Shown: positions 11,669 through 22,756 of the stretch, piece after piece
How positions within the stretch are numbered: the stretch's first letter is position 1
Layout: each line of letters begins with the position of its first letter
Assembly (NCBI GenBank): GCA_030390025.1
Contig: CM059432.1
Span: 87,608,001 to 87,672,000 of the forward strand
DNA length: 64,000 nt
Direction: 5' to 3'
Origin: Squalus acanthias
Taxonomy: Eukaryota
Notes under the pieces: model-generated
The model's database searches: none
What the model was told of the DNA's origin: nothing
What the model saw: the letters and a program-made list of their open reading frames with translations, nothing else
Translations under genes and position numbers: made by a program

Positions 11669-13471
11669 GGCCGCAATTTCCCCTACCTCGGCGGGTCCAG
11701 TGCGGCCGAGGTCGGTGGTGGGTTGCGACCCCGCTGCTGGCTCCAGCCCGCTGTCCAAAGTGATTTTACGTTGATTGGGCTTGTTAAGCCCACCCAGTGT
11801 GTTTCCCGGCCAATTGAAGGAAGCGGGTCTGATGACGTCACTTGATGACGCGCCATCAGCCGGTTTCCTTGAAGGGACCATGCGCAAATTGATTTTGATT
11901 GATGTGCTGTCAGTGTTCTGCAGCATTGAGGTGCTGCAAACACTGACAAGCTCTGCACAGAGGTGCAGGGCTGCAACCAGGCTCTCCCATGACTCCCTGC
12001 ATATGCTTAAGGAGGGAGTCACAGCACGCAGGGAGGTCCTCTTCCCTTCCAATGGCGGAAGACACCTCCCCAGGAGATCAACGCAGCCTGGTTGCACATT
12101 GCACAGGAGGGCACAAGCAGGGATGTCGTCAGGAGGACCAGGCTGCAGTGGTATTCTTCTTCTTTCATATGGTAGTACCAAAAATCAAATCAAATGTCAG
12201 TAGATCACGAAACGTTACTGCAAAGCCACACTCAACCTCATCCTGCTGTGCCACTCATCACATCCCCATCACTCTGCCTTCCCTACCCTACCCCTGCACA
12301 TCCTTACTCACACCAACTTACCTTGCACCTCCACCCATCCCTCTCTATCTACATTATCACTTCCCCATCTCACTAGCCACCCCTCACACTCACCCTCATC
12401 CTAGTCCAATCAAACCAACTCACAACACACAAGGGTAGGCACTTGGGTGTTTTAGCCAAAGTTTATGTGAAGTTTCTGTTAATGTGCTGTCAAACATTGA
12501 AATCTTTATTTTCAACACTTTGCGTTCTTGGACAGATTTGTGTGCATCTTTGGAAGTGGCTTCGTGAGTTGCAGTGAATGGTGAGACATAACGGTACCCC
12601 CCACAATGGCGATGAGTGTGAACAGAATGGCTTGAACATTGTAGGGATGTTTTAAGGTGCTGGGGTGGGGTGGTGCCTACCTGGTGCATCATGTGGCAGT
12701 CAGGGTGTACAGTGAAGTAAATCTGGCTCTGGTGAGGCCATCCCTGGCCTCCCGGCCAGCAATGTGGTCGGGTGCTGATGCCCTGTGTCATGTGAAGTAT
12801 CAGTTAATTGCGGAGAAGGTTGGTGTTGTTGTTGATGCTGCTGGTGTGCCTGGTGCTGCTGGTGTTGGGGCTGATCGTGGTGGGATTATGAGGACCAAGG
12901 TGAGATAGTTTCAAGAGCACCGATGCTGATGTAATAGATGGCAGGTGAAGTTGAGATGACAGAAGCGATTTATCAGTGGTGAGAGAGGCTGTTCCAATGA
13001 GGTGATACGGGATACAGAGTTTACTCCAAACACTTGCAACCTGCATAAAGCTCAATCTGTCTTCCAAATGCAGTAAGCAACAGCTTCTGACCTTGGAAAG
13101 TGAACAGCTGTGAGATGGGAGATTTTGTACCACATTTGCAGCTGTGAAGTAAAGAGATGATTTCATGGTGACACAACTCCCGACCTGCTTACCCGACGTG
13201 ATCCCCGAGTAGCGTGGAACCCTTGGGCAACCTCGTAAAATTTAAAGGTGAGCTCAAAATACTTTTTAAGTGACTGTTAATAAGCTCTTAATCAACTAAC
13301 TTGCCTCCCCCGCCACTTGGTGTCGGGTCTGTTCAGCGATGACAGACCCGACAACTGGGAAACTAACGTGGCGGCGGGTTGACAGCGGGTTCCCTTCCGC
13401 TGTCAAAAAAGGAATTTTCCCACCCGACCCGCCACCAAACGTGCCCGCTGACCCCCTGAAAAATTCCCCCC
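11669..13471. mobile_element. Decayed PIF/Harbinger element (Myb/SANT exon 1 remnant on +)
   Basis: RAATRLSHDSLHMLKEGVTARREVLFPSNG (~11960-12060) matches exon 1 of the intact Myb gene (RAQRFTERALDALVGAVERRRCILFPESG). Loose TIRs GGCCGCAATTT / AAATTCCCCCC, CpG-rich ends. Confidence 0.7.
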
Positions 13472-14955
13472 TTTCTAGGGATTCTTCCACTGTTTCTGTC
13501 TGTGTGGAATGTACCATTGGCATGCTCAGGCAGAGATTCTGTTGGTTGGGCAGATCAGGTTGGGGATGGGAAACCTGCCCTAATTCCTGCTCTAACAAGG
13601 TTTCCTAAATTATCTGCGTCTGCCACATATTGCACAGTTTCACCATCCAGAAAGGAGTCACCATACAGCTGAGGAAGCAGGGATGCCCTGCTTAAACTCT
13701 GGTGGAGGAGAAGGTGCAAAGGAGATCACTTTTCAGTAAAAATTACTTTTTGCTTCAGTGAAACAAGACATCTTTAATCACACATTTATTGCAAGCAAAA
13801 TAGCGTTGCCTACACAGAGTCACTGAAAGGGTTGGACAAGCACTATTAATTTTTTTTATTTCAACAAAGTTTCTCAATATTTGGGTCACTGCAGGAAAAG
13901 TGTTAGTTATTAAGATGTGTTCCTTAATGCAGGATAGTACACGGTAAAACATGTTCAACAATGGAGAAATACAGTAACCTGGCTCCCAAAAACATCCTTA
14001 CATCCCAGAAAAAATTGATTGCTAAACTGGTCAATTCCCTGGCCGAGGGTTCCCGCACAAGCTCTAACAATTCTGGTAAGTGATACATTGTTCTCCCTTT
14101 AAGTGCACGGCAAATAAGATATAGCAGTATTTATAAAATCTTCTCTGATGGATTTGCTAATAATATTTAAAATATAGCAAATCCATATATACAGGGGCAC
14201 TAAAAATGCACAGGGTGCAATCCCAATACTTATAACTGGATTATGCCCACCAATGCCCTCCAGTATTGACCCCGGCAAACCTGCCAGGGTCAAGGGGAGG
14301 GCCCATCATTTGCATGGGGCCATCACGGCACCTGTGTCACTGTGGGTACATCTTGGGCACCCTCCTGTCCCATGCTGTTGGAAACTCCAATGCTTGGTGA
14401 GGTCCTACTTCTGCCCTCATTTCACTCGGTGTAGCAGCCTCCAGTGTTACACTGGATTCTGTTTGGGCTGGAGGAGTGGGAACTCTTAGGGCAGAGAGCC
14501 CCTGCAGCTCTCACATGGCTAGCCTTGTAAGCTCTGCCCCATACTAAGTTGCCTACAATGTCCCAACTAAGGTCAGGACCGGGAGCATCCCAGTCCTTGC
14601 CTTTTCCGTGCCATTCCGTCGGGCTCTTGTCAGCGTTATAATGGGATTCCGGTAGAACAGATGAGGGTATTTAGCTCCAAAATGTCCTGTGTTCATAATC
14701 ATTTGCTGTATTCATAAATTAGTTATTGGTCTTTGTCTTCTGGAACAGCCTTATGCAAAATGAATCCTGCGTAGTCCAGAATCATTTAATGAAAGTATTA
14801 TTTAATCTCCACTGATGATCTTTGCACAATAAGTTCTCTGGAACACTCTGAGAGCCTATGACCGTCTAAGAGAAGCATAGTGAAGGTAATGATGGCGACG
14901 AGAGGACATCTGGCAAGGGTGAGCGTGGCCACAGCAGTCAAAAAGCAGAAATCCA

Positions 14956-15650
14956 GGGGGAAAAATTAGGTGCCTTTGCGCCACCTGGGGCGCAAATGGC
15001 TTTGCAACCGGGCGCGTCGTAGACATCGACTCCCGCCATATTCGGCGGGAGTTTTGTGGCGGCGTTATGGCGTTGCATCCCGATCTCCTTCGCCTGGAGA
15101 TCGTGATGTCATTGCCATGACGTTATTGCCCCGGTAGCGCCCCGGACCTGAAGTTGACTTCTGCCCCCTGCAGCAGCATCGGGCGAAAACACCGACAGCT
15201 GCAGGAGGCATGCATCGGGCAGCTGGCCACTTCGGGGGGGATGATTAAAGGCGAGGTGGCCGAGGTAAGTGAAAAAAAACGTACCTTGTTCCCGTTTTTT
15301 TCGCGGGTTCCTGCCCGTGATCGATCAGCCCAGCACTCTGTTTGAGTGCCGGGCTGATCGCGCGGGATCGCGGCTGCCTTGGTGGTCCAGGTATTGCAGA
15401 GCCTGCAGTGATGGCCCTTCCCTTTAAGGGAGGGAAGGAGCCTTTGAATGCGGCAGCGCTGCTGAAGTCTCCGCCCCGCCTGCTGCGATTGCGCTCCAAG
15501 AAGGAAGTGGAGCGCTTGATTTAGCATCCACTTCCTTCCTGGAGTGCAAAACCAAATTTTTAAAAGTTTAGAAACATCAGCGCCTGCCGCTAATTTTCCA
15601 AACTTTTAAAATTTATCACCCCAAATGGGGCTATAATGGATTTCTCCCCC
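14956..15650. mobile_element. Non-autonomous Harbinger (MITE), ~695 bp
   Basis: Ends GGGGGAAAAATT / GATTTCTCCCCC. The left 16 bp (GGGGGAAAAATTAGGT) are identical to the reverse complement of the right end of the intact element. No clean TSD. Confidence 0.8.
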
Positions 15651-16462
15651 AAAGAGTCCAAACCCTTCAAGTAGCATAGACTGCATTCTGAACTGTACTA
15701 TATATGTACTTCAAATAACTAGAGATTATGCTATTCGTTTACACACATAAAGATTCTGTAATAGTTTGGTCTACTGGAGCTAACATATGGTAGCATTGGA
15801 GTAGGTAATTAATATTTACGACCAAAATTTTAAAAAAGCATTTATATTGCATAAAAGATCTCTCCAAATCGTAGCAACTTCCACATGATCCCAAAAAAAT
15901 CCAATATTATGTTGACTGTTAGAAGCAGAATCCACAGCCTGGTAATTACACTGTCCGATATTATCATATCAACATTTAACGCGTTCACATCAAATTCCTT
16001 TCTCAGCTATTTTAATGGAATTGTTAATTATAATTAAAATAAACAGGTTAATGCTGTTAAGATAGTGGAGAGAGAAATTTGCTACAAACGGGCTAAGTAT
16101 TTTCCTGTATTATCAGAGAGTGTAATTTCCAGTCTTACATTTGGCATTGTCTCTCAGATAGATCTCCATTATGTCTATGTAGGATTAGAACTCATGACAG
16201 GCCTATGTATAAATTCAGCAGTCCCACATATTCTTAGGCAGGTCCTGTGATACTCAAAAAGTCCAATCGCTGATCAAATTCAAGAGCCTATATTTAGTAA
16301 CTGATGTGACTGTAATAATTAACCTGAGTTAAAACAAATGTAGATACAGGATTCCATTATTATTTCTCCTGGTCAGTTAGTATCTGTATTACTGTTAGCA
16401 CAAGGCTAACACTGGTATCTGCAATAACTCTTTGGGTGCAAGACTAGTGTTGTATTTATATT

Positions 16463-16843
16463 TGCCTTTTATTTGCCCCCCCCCCACCTTTTTTTTTTCC
16501 TCCTAGAAGCTGGCAGCTGTCCTTCATTCTGCCAGTGGATTTCACGCTTCTTTCAGCCTTAATCTGTCACATTAACACCACCTCTAGCCTTGCATATCTC
16601 TTAATGTCTCTTAATGTCTCTTCATCTCCCCCTTTGTTCTTTTATCCCCTCCCCCTTTTCCCAGCTTTACTCTGGCCTTAAATCTATTTGATTTCCGGCT
16701 CTTCACAGTTCTGATGAAAGGTCATCGACCTGAAACGTTAACTCTCTTTCTCTCTCCACGGATGCTGCCTGGCCTGCTGAGTTTTTCCAGCGTTTTCTGT
16801 TGTTATTTCAGATTTCCAGCATCCGCAGTATTTTGCTATCGTC
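16463..16843 (+). mobile_element. Penelope-like element 3' terminal fragment
   Basis: 14-bp TSD GTTGTATTTATATT (16449-16462, 16844-16857). Homologous to the reverse complement of 48204-48545, which is joined to a GIY-YIG ORF. Confidence 0.85.
16707..16743 (+). ncRNA. Minimal type I hammerhead ribozyme motif
   Basis: AGTT-CTGATGA-A-AGGTC(ATC)GACCT-GAAA-CG-TT-AACT: stem I AGTT/AACT, intact core, 5-bp stem II, palindromic short stem III; predicted cut after GUU at 16739. Confidence 0.8.
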
Positions 16844-17856
16844 GTTGTATTTATATTGTTATTTACAGCAACTGCTGACTCAGTACCACATGAATTACAA
16901 ACTTAGCTTGCTGTACATTACTGATTTAAGAGCAGGCTATACAGCTGACTAGTATTCCTATGCTTCTGTACTGGCATTACTTCCTGCTCAACCATGATAT
17001 TGTAATAGCTTTGGCATAGTTATGGGAACAACTGGCAGTTCACCAGGAAATTCTAGTGGACTGTTGGAACTTATCTATCTGTAACCTGCTCTCACTGTAC
17101 ACATTTTTTAGCATTTCTACATTCAATTGGATCAACAAAACTGTCAGCTATTCATATGTCAATCACTATGGCCCAATAATTAGAAATAATGGCCCGTAAT
17201 TTGCGGTCAGCAGCGAAGCAAAGGCGTTTGCCGCTGGCCCCGAAGTAAGCTTCCCACAAAGATCTCGCGATTTCTGTGTCGAGAAGTTTGGCTTTTCTGC
17301 TGTGCATTTGAAATCAGTGAAGTTTAGTGGGAATCCCATAGTGCGAGCTGCTATGATGGCAACAGGCTGTCTAAGCAGCCAATCACAATGCAGATTTCTC
17401 ACAGACCGAGAACCAGGAAGTGAGTAAGCTCCTTTGATTCTAACTTTTTTTAAATGTTAGAGAGCAAAACAAAGATTGGGGCTTTCACATGGCGAAAAGG
17501 TAAACCTGAAATAAAGATGAACAAACATTTTTTAAATATTTTTTTTTAATTTTCTGCAAATTTTTAATTTTTATTAGAATGGTTAAACTTGACACTCCAC
17601 AAAATTAAAATTAGTTTTTCAGGGCCATAATGTTCGTTTAGCAGTGAATACGTTGTTAAAACCCCAGTTACACCTAATCCTAAAGGGGTAAAAATTCAGT
17701 TGGTTGCGCCTCCCGTTAGCGTCTTAAGAGGGCGCTAATGGGGCGCAAAGCCGCTAACGCACGGGCGCAGCGATGTTTGCGCCGCTCGGGAACTTAACTA
17801 GACATTGTGCGGCGGCGCTAAACTTTACCGCTGCGACCACCTGTGCGCGCAGATTG

Positions 17857-18005
17857 TGACGTCATTCCATGGTGCAACGCCCTTGTGGCGTCCCGGAGCG
17901 GAAATTGAGTGGCGCCCCCTGCCTTACCGCCTGGCGCATCCAACGACCGGAAGACTGGAACGCTATCAATCGCTGTGGGGCTGGGGGGGGGGGGCGCTAT
18001 TTAAA
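17857..18005 (+). promoter_or_regulatory. Putative transposase promoter: CRE TGACGTCA (17857-17864) and TATA-like TATTTAAA (17998-18005)
   Basis: Motifs seen ~200-340 bp upstream of the ATG at 18200. A CRE also occurs in the relic at 11833-11840. Function is inferred. Confidence 0.45.
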
Positions 18006-18199
18006 GGGGGCCTCTTCCTGTCTTTTTCTGTGGTTGACATTTTTGCACCACTCGTTCTGAGAGAGAGAGAGAGATTCGGAGAGAGAGAAAGAGAGACTTC
18101 TGCATTGAGTCAACGCTTTGTGAGGTAGTTTTGCCTACTGATCCTAACTTCGCTAGTACTTTGGTTGCTGTCCTTCATTACTTTGCTTGCAAAGAGACT

Positions 18200-19360
18200 A
18201 TGGGGGCTGCACTGATTGGGGGCGTCGTCCTGCTCCAGCTGAATCGGAGGACACAGAGACGCAGAGAGAGAGTGGCAATGATGGCCAGACGGAGGAGGGC
18301 CAACAGGCGTATGTACAGGAGAGCTTACCCTCCCAGGGTATATCGTGAACAGCTCTCCTACATTCATATGTCTGAGGAGCTGTGTTTGCGAAGGCTGCGA
18401 TTCAGCAAGGAGGTGGTCACTGAGCTCTGCCACCTGCTGCAGCCAGATCTGCAGCCTCAACTGAGGTCCAGGACGTCTCTGTTGGTGGCAGTGAAGGTCA
18501 CAGTGGCTCTCAACTTCTATGCTACTGGCTCATTTCAAGCTGCTGCTGGGGACCTCGCCAATATCTCCCAGTTCGCGGTGCATTGCTGCATCCGGCAGGT
18601 CACAAATGCCCTCTTTAAAAGGAGACGAGAGTTCATCTCTTTCCCCATGACCCCAGACAAGCAGCGTGACCGCGCTCTGGGCTTTGCGAGGATAGCGGGC
18701 TTCCCCATGGTGCAGGGCGCCATTGACTGCACGCATGTGGCTTTGCGTGCTCCACATGAGAATGCCGAGGAATTCCGGAACAGAAAGGGGTTCCATTCCT
18801 TGAATGTTCAGTTGGTCTGTGACCACAGACAGCTGATACTCACTGTCAATGCCCACTATCCTGGCAGCTGCCACGATGCTTTTATCCTGCGCCAGACTAC
18901 TGTGGCAGAACTTTTCGAGGCACCGCATCAGCCAGTTGGTTGGCTTCTCGGGGACAAGGGGTATCCATTGAGCACCTGGCTGATGACACCGCTCCGTATG
19001 CCCAACACCCCTGCTGAGCTGCGGTACAATGAGAGCCAACAAGCTACCAGGAACATCATTGAGCGTACAATCGGTGTGCTGAAGCAACGGTTCCGCTGTC
19101 ACGACCATTCTGGAGGAGCCCTGCAGTACTCGCCTGAGCGAGTATCCAACTTCGTAGTTGTGTGCTGCATGTTGCATAACATGGCAATCGTCAGGACCCA
19201 GCCAATGCCACCAGGCCTTGGAGCACCACCAGAGGAGGAGGAGGAAGAGGAGGAAGAGGACGAGGAGGATGATCATCAGCAGCACCAAGGCGGGAGGGCG
19301 GCCCACAATGGTGAAACTGCAAGGGCCGTCCGTCAACGGCTATTAGCAAGCCGCTTCTAG
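18200..19360 (+). CDS. Harbinger DDE transposase (HARBI1-like), 386 aa, intronless
   Basis: Open frame from ATG 18200. Motifs LRFSKE, ALNFYATGSFQ, GAIDCTHV, NRKGFHSLNVQLVCD, PGSCHDAFIL, LLGDKGYP, RNIIERTIGVLKQRF; acidic C-terminal tract. Confidence 0.95.
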   Translation: MGAALIGGVVLLQLNRRTQRRRERVAMMARRRRANRRMYRRAYPPRVYREQLSYIHMSEELCLRRLRFSKEVVTELCHLLQPDLQPQLRSRTSLLVAVKVTVALNFYATGSFQAAAGDLANISQFAVHCCIRQVTNALFKRRREFISFPMTPDKQRDRALGFARIAGFPMVQGAIDCTHVALRAPHENAEEFRNRKGFHSLNVQLVCDHRQLILTVNAHYPGSCHDAFILRQTTVAELFEAPHQPVGWLLGDKGYPLSTWLMTPLRMPNTPAELRYNESQQATRNIIERTIGVLKQRFRCHDHSGGALQYSPERVSNFVVVCCMLHNMAIVRTQPMPPGLGAPPEEEEEEEEEDEEDDHQQHQGGRAAHNGETARAVRQRLLASRF

Positions 19361-19672
19361 GGCCCCTGCTGTGGAAATGGCTTCTGCCATTGCTAACAAC
19401 ATCAATGAACCCAGCACGCAACCCCTAAGCCGGCCAAGGCACCAATAATTCCAAACACCAAACATGTATATTTTGAATACAAAAACTTATTTATTTTACA
19501 AACTCTGTGTGTGTCATTTCCTCATGACAAACTCATAGAAATAAACACAAAAAAACAGTCAATAACATAACTGGTTCTCACAACCTGGAGATAATGTCCA
19601 AAACACTAAACAAAAGTTGGACCACGAACCTCGGCCTTTAATAAAAAAATGACCAGCATTTTGTCACACCTC

Positions 19673-21541
19673 CTACTTTTTGCCCTTCGAGGGTGATCGC
19701 CTTCCCTTGCGCACTTCCCCCCTTCTAACCCTACTGCTCCTCCATAATGGGACCTCAGTGGCTGCAGCAAGGCTGGTGGAAGGCTGCTGATCGTCAGACC
19801 CTGACACTGCAGATGCCCCTGAAGGACGGCCTCGACCAGTTCTGGGCCTGGAGGGCCCGGCTGCAGACTGCACCAACTCTGCATGGGCGGCAGCAGTCTG
19901 TCCTACAGGCGGTGGCAAGTGCAGTGGAGAAGTGACAGTGTTGGCAGCAGGAATGCTGTCATCGTGAGAGAGGACAGCAACTCCCTGCTCGACCGACACA
20001 CTGGCACTCCCACGGGGCAGCACTTCAGCATCCGGAGCAATCTGCTGGAGAACAGATTGCTGGCCTGCTGCGGCGCGGTGAGAGCCCCGGGGACATGTGA
20101 ACGAACCATCGAGGTTGGCCGCAGTCTGTGCTCGCGTGGCCTCAATCTGAGTCTGCATGAGAGCAGTCAGAGATGGGATCACGGCAGCCAGTGACTGAAT
20201 TGCAGCACTAAGCGTTAGTGTGGCATCCGCCTGTGCTACAGCGAAGTGCTGCACACTCCTTGCCAGTGACTCAATGCATTCGGGCACCCTTCCCACTGCA
20301 CCCATGAGCTCAGTGTGCATGCCCACCGCCTGGGTGTTCATTTCTGCGATCAGCCGCACCTCCTCTGCGTCCATTGCAGTAGGAGTCTCTGGCATACTCT
20401 CCCTCTGGGGAGAAGGCCCCCGTTCTTCCCTACCCCCATGGCGTTGCTGCAGCCCGCTGGGTCCTGGAGCTTCACCCTCATCAGACCCTTCCCCCCTGCT
20501 CCCCTCCAGGGAAGGCGTGTTCCCAGTGTGGGCATGGGCTTCCTCGGGAGAGGGTGGCACTGATGCTCCGGCTTCCTCTTCCTCCTCGGCTGCAGCTTCA
20601 CTCCCAGTGGCAGCTTCAGGGCCCGTCTCCTCAGCTGGTGAATCACCATCTGAAAGCAGGGAGGTACAAGAGTGGCTTTAGCGTGAGGACAGGGTGGCAG
20701 TAAGGGAGGAATAAGTGCAGCGAGTTAGCAAGTTGGATTGAAAGTGTCAAAGGCTGGTGTTGTGAGGGACAAGTGGAAGGACAGAGGACAAAAAGGTGAT
20801 GACCTTACCATTGCTGTCCAGAACGGGGTCGGCGTCTCCAGTGGCGACGGGACCGATCACCCGGCTTGCCACAATCCTGTGGACGCGCTCCTCAAGATCG
20901 CTGAGGGGTTGCAGCTGAGGCCGCCCTCCACCTGTCCGTTGCTGCTGTCTCCGATTATGCGCCAGCTTGGCCTGCAAGAAAAAGGACAGCATCTGAGTAA
21001 ATATACAGCCATGGTCTTGCCTGATGTGCCTCCCATAGGTGAATAGCCCTTACTGTATACAGCCATGGTCTTGCCTGATGTGCCTCCCATAGGTGAATAG
21101 CCCTTACTGTATGCAGCCATGGTCTTGCCTGATGTGCCTCCCATAGGTGAATACTGTATGCAAAGTGTGGAATGTGTGTGTGTGTGTTTCATGAAAGGGC
21201 CATAGGTGTTGGATGAGTGTTGTGCATTGTGGTTTTAAGACCCTCTGGCCATAGAGTGAGGTTGAGATGGAGGGATGGAGAGGTATTGAGAAAAAGCCAC
21301 TCACCCTGACGACCCGAGTGAGGTCGTTGAACTTTTTGCGGCATTGAGTATGGGTCCTGGGCACCATGCTCCTGGAGGAGACGCTCTGAGCCACCTCCCT
21401 CCACACTCTTCTGTACTCGCGTGGCAAAGGCCTCCTGCCACTCTCAGGGAAGAGTATACATCTTCTGCGCTCCACCGCGCCAACCAGAGCATCCAAGGCC
21501 CGCTCGGTGAAGCGCTGAGCTCGTTCTCTCACCCTCTCCAT
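19673..21541 (-). CDS. Myb/SANT-like (trihelix) DNA-binding partner protein, 458 aa; exons 21541-21305, 20971-20809, 20649-19673
   Basis: Exon 1 RFTERALDALV..W.EVA..RTHTQCRKKFNDL. Donors GTGAGT and GTAAGG, acceptors TTCTTGCAG and CTTTCAG. Exon lengths 237+163+977=1377 nt join in frame without stops. Confidence 0.9.
21002..21155. repeat. Three near-identical 54-bp tandem repeats in intron 1 of the Myb gene
   Basis: TATACAGCCATGGTCTTGCCTGATGTGCCTCCCATAGGTGAATAGCCCTTACTG starting at 21002, 21056 and 21110. Confidence 0.95.
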
Positions 21542-22756
21542 CCTTGGCAGCAAAATGGATTCACAGGTCTCTCCAGGCCGAGATTCAAGGCTGCAATGAG
21601 CAGGGTGTGGCTGGGGAGCAAGTTGGCCCCCCCCGCTTTAAGAACTGGCCAGCGCCAGTGTGTCTGTGTTCCCTCGCTAACTGGCAGCACCTGCGCTGCG
21701 CTCGCGCGCTGAGTTAGCGCCTCACTGCTCGGCCTTTGCGCCTTAAGACAGGTGTGCAGCGCCTGATTTAGCGCTCCACTCACCTCCCGGGGCGGTAAAA
21801 GTGAAGTTTCCAGTCAGTGGCGATAATTAGCGCCAGGCGCTAATATTTGCGTCCAGACGATATTTGCGCCCCAAACGGGGCGCGACCTAATTTTTCCCCC
21901 AAAGGGTCTACCTTCTAATTAGGTATTTAACAGTGATTCTACAGCGAAAGAGCCAAAGTTTTCATCAGTTTCCCTGATTTCACAGCTGTTTGTTCGCTGT
22001 TATTACCCACTGCAAATTCCGGACCATATTTTCCTTTACCAGTTATTGATAGTATTATTTTACAGAGATAACCATTTAATTCTGGAATGTGATTGAAGCT
22101 GTCTTGCCTTAGTTACACATCTGTAAAATAAATTATCTGACAGGGTTGTGAGAGTTAATTCAATTACTGTCCCCCATCTCTTAAAACATTCATGTTTAAA
22201 ATGGGCAGTTGGTTAAAAAACGATAACCATTAGCCATTTACATTAATGTCAATTTCAAAGTTGCTGGTTATAGCGTCCGTTATGTGCTCCGTTTATTTTG
22301 GGCAGAAACAGCTGTGCTCACTAGTTCGCACCTCATTAAAGTGCACTGAATTCAAGAAGATAAGACAAAACTGTCTTCAAATTAAGAGGCTATTCTACAA
22401 TAATGTCGTATAATTACCACCAGCAAAATGCTTTACACTAATGGCAATTTCTAGGCTTGATAGATTTCCATAATTCATGAGCAATAATTTAATAACTGTT
22501 GGTATGGATTTCACAGAGGTGCACAGGCACCGAAGCATTAACATCCCCTGTTATGTGTGTGTTGCAGCTGCCTGCGTTTCCTGCTCATTTACCTGTATGC
22601 TGGCTGGTGCTCCCTACTTTCTGTTCCTTGATTTCAGCTGATGCTTGCCACTACCCTCCATCCACAGTCCTCCACAACCTGTCCTGGAATGCTCCTCTGC
22701 TGCCCATTGTCTTCCACCATCTAGCCTGGCTTACCCCACTCCCATATATTGTCCTC

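Larger units (their letters stand above)
17685..21900. mobile_element. Intact autonomous PIF/Harbinger DNA transposon (4,216 bp)
   Basis: 12-bp TIR GGGG(T/G)AAAAATT, TSD AAA (17682-17684, 21901-21903), two convergent intact genes, CpG-rich subterminal regions. Confidence 0.95.
17190..22026. mobile_element. Non-autonomous TIR element (~620 bp without insert) hosting the intact Harbinger
   Basis: TIRs TGGCCCGTAATTTGCGGT / ACTGCAAATTCCGGACCA, flanks TAA/TAT; sequence rejoins across the AAA TSD. Confidence 0.7.

Noticed and set aside
18131..18199. 409-aa transposase starting at TTG 18131
   Set aside because: Eukaryotic gene; the first ATG is at 18200.
18530..19336. 268-aa antisense ORF over the transposase
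   Set aside because: Shadow ORF of a GC-rich coding strand; no motif.
18200..21541. Host genes HARBI1 / NAIF1 / MSANTD
   Set aside because: Both genes lie between TIRs with a TSD and have multiple decayed paralogues nearby, so they are transposon genes; no symbols assigned.
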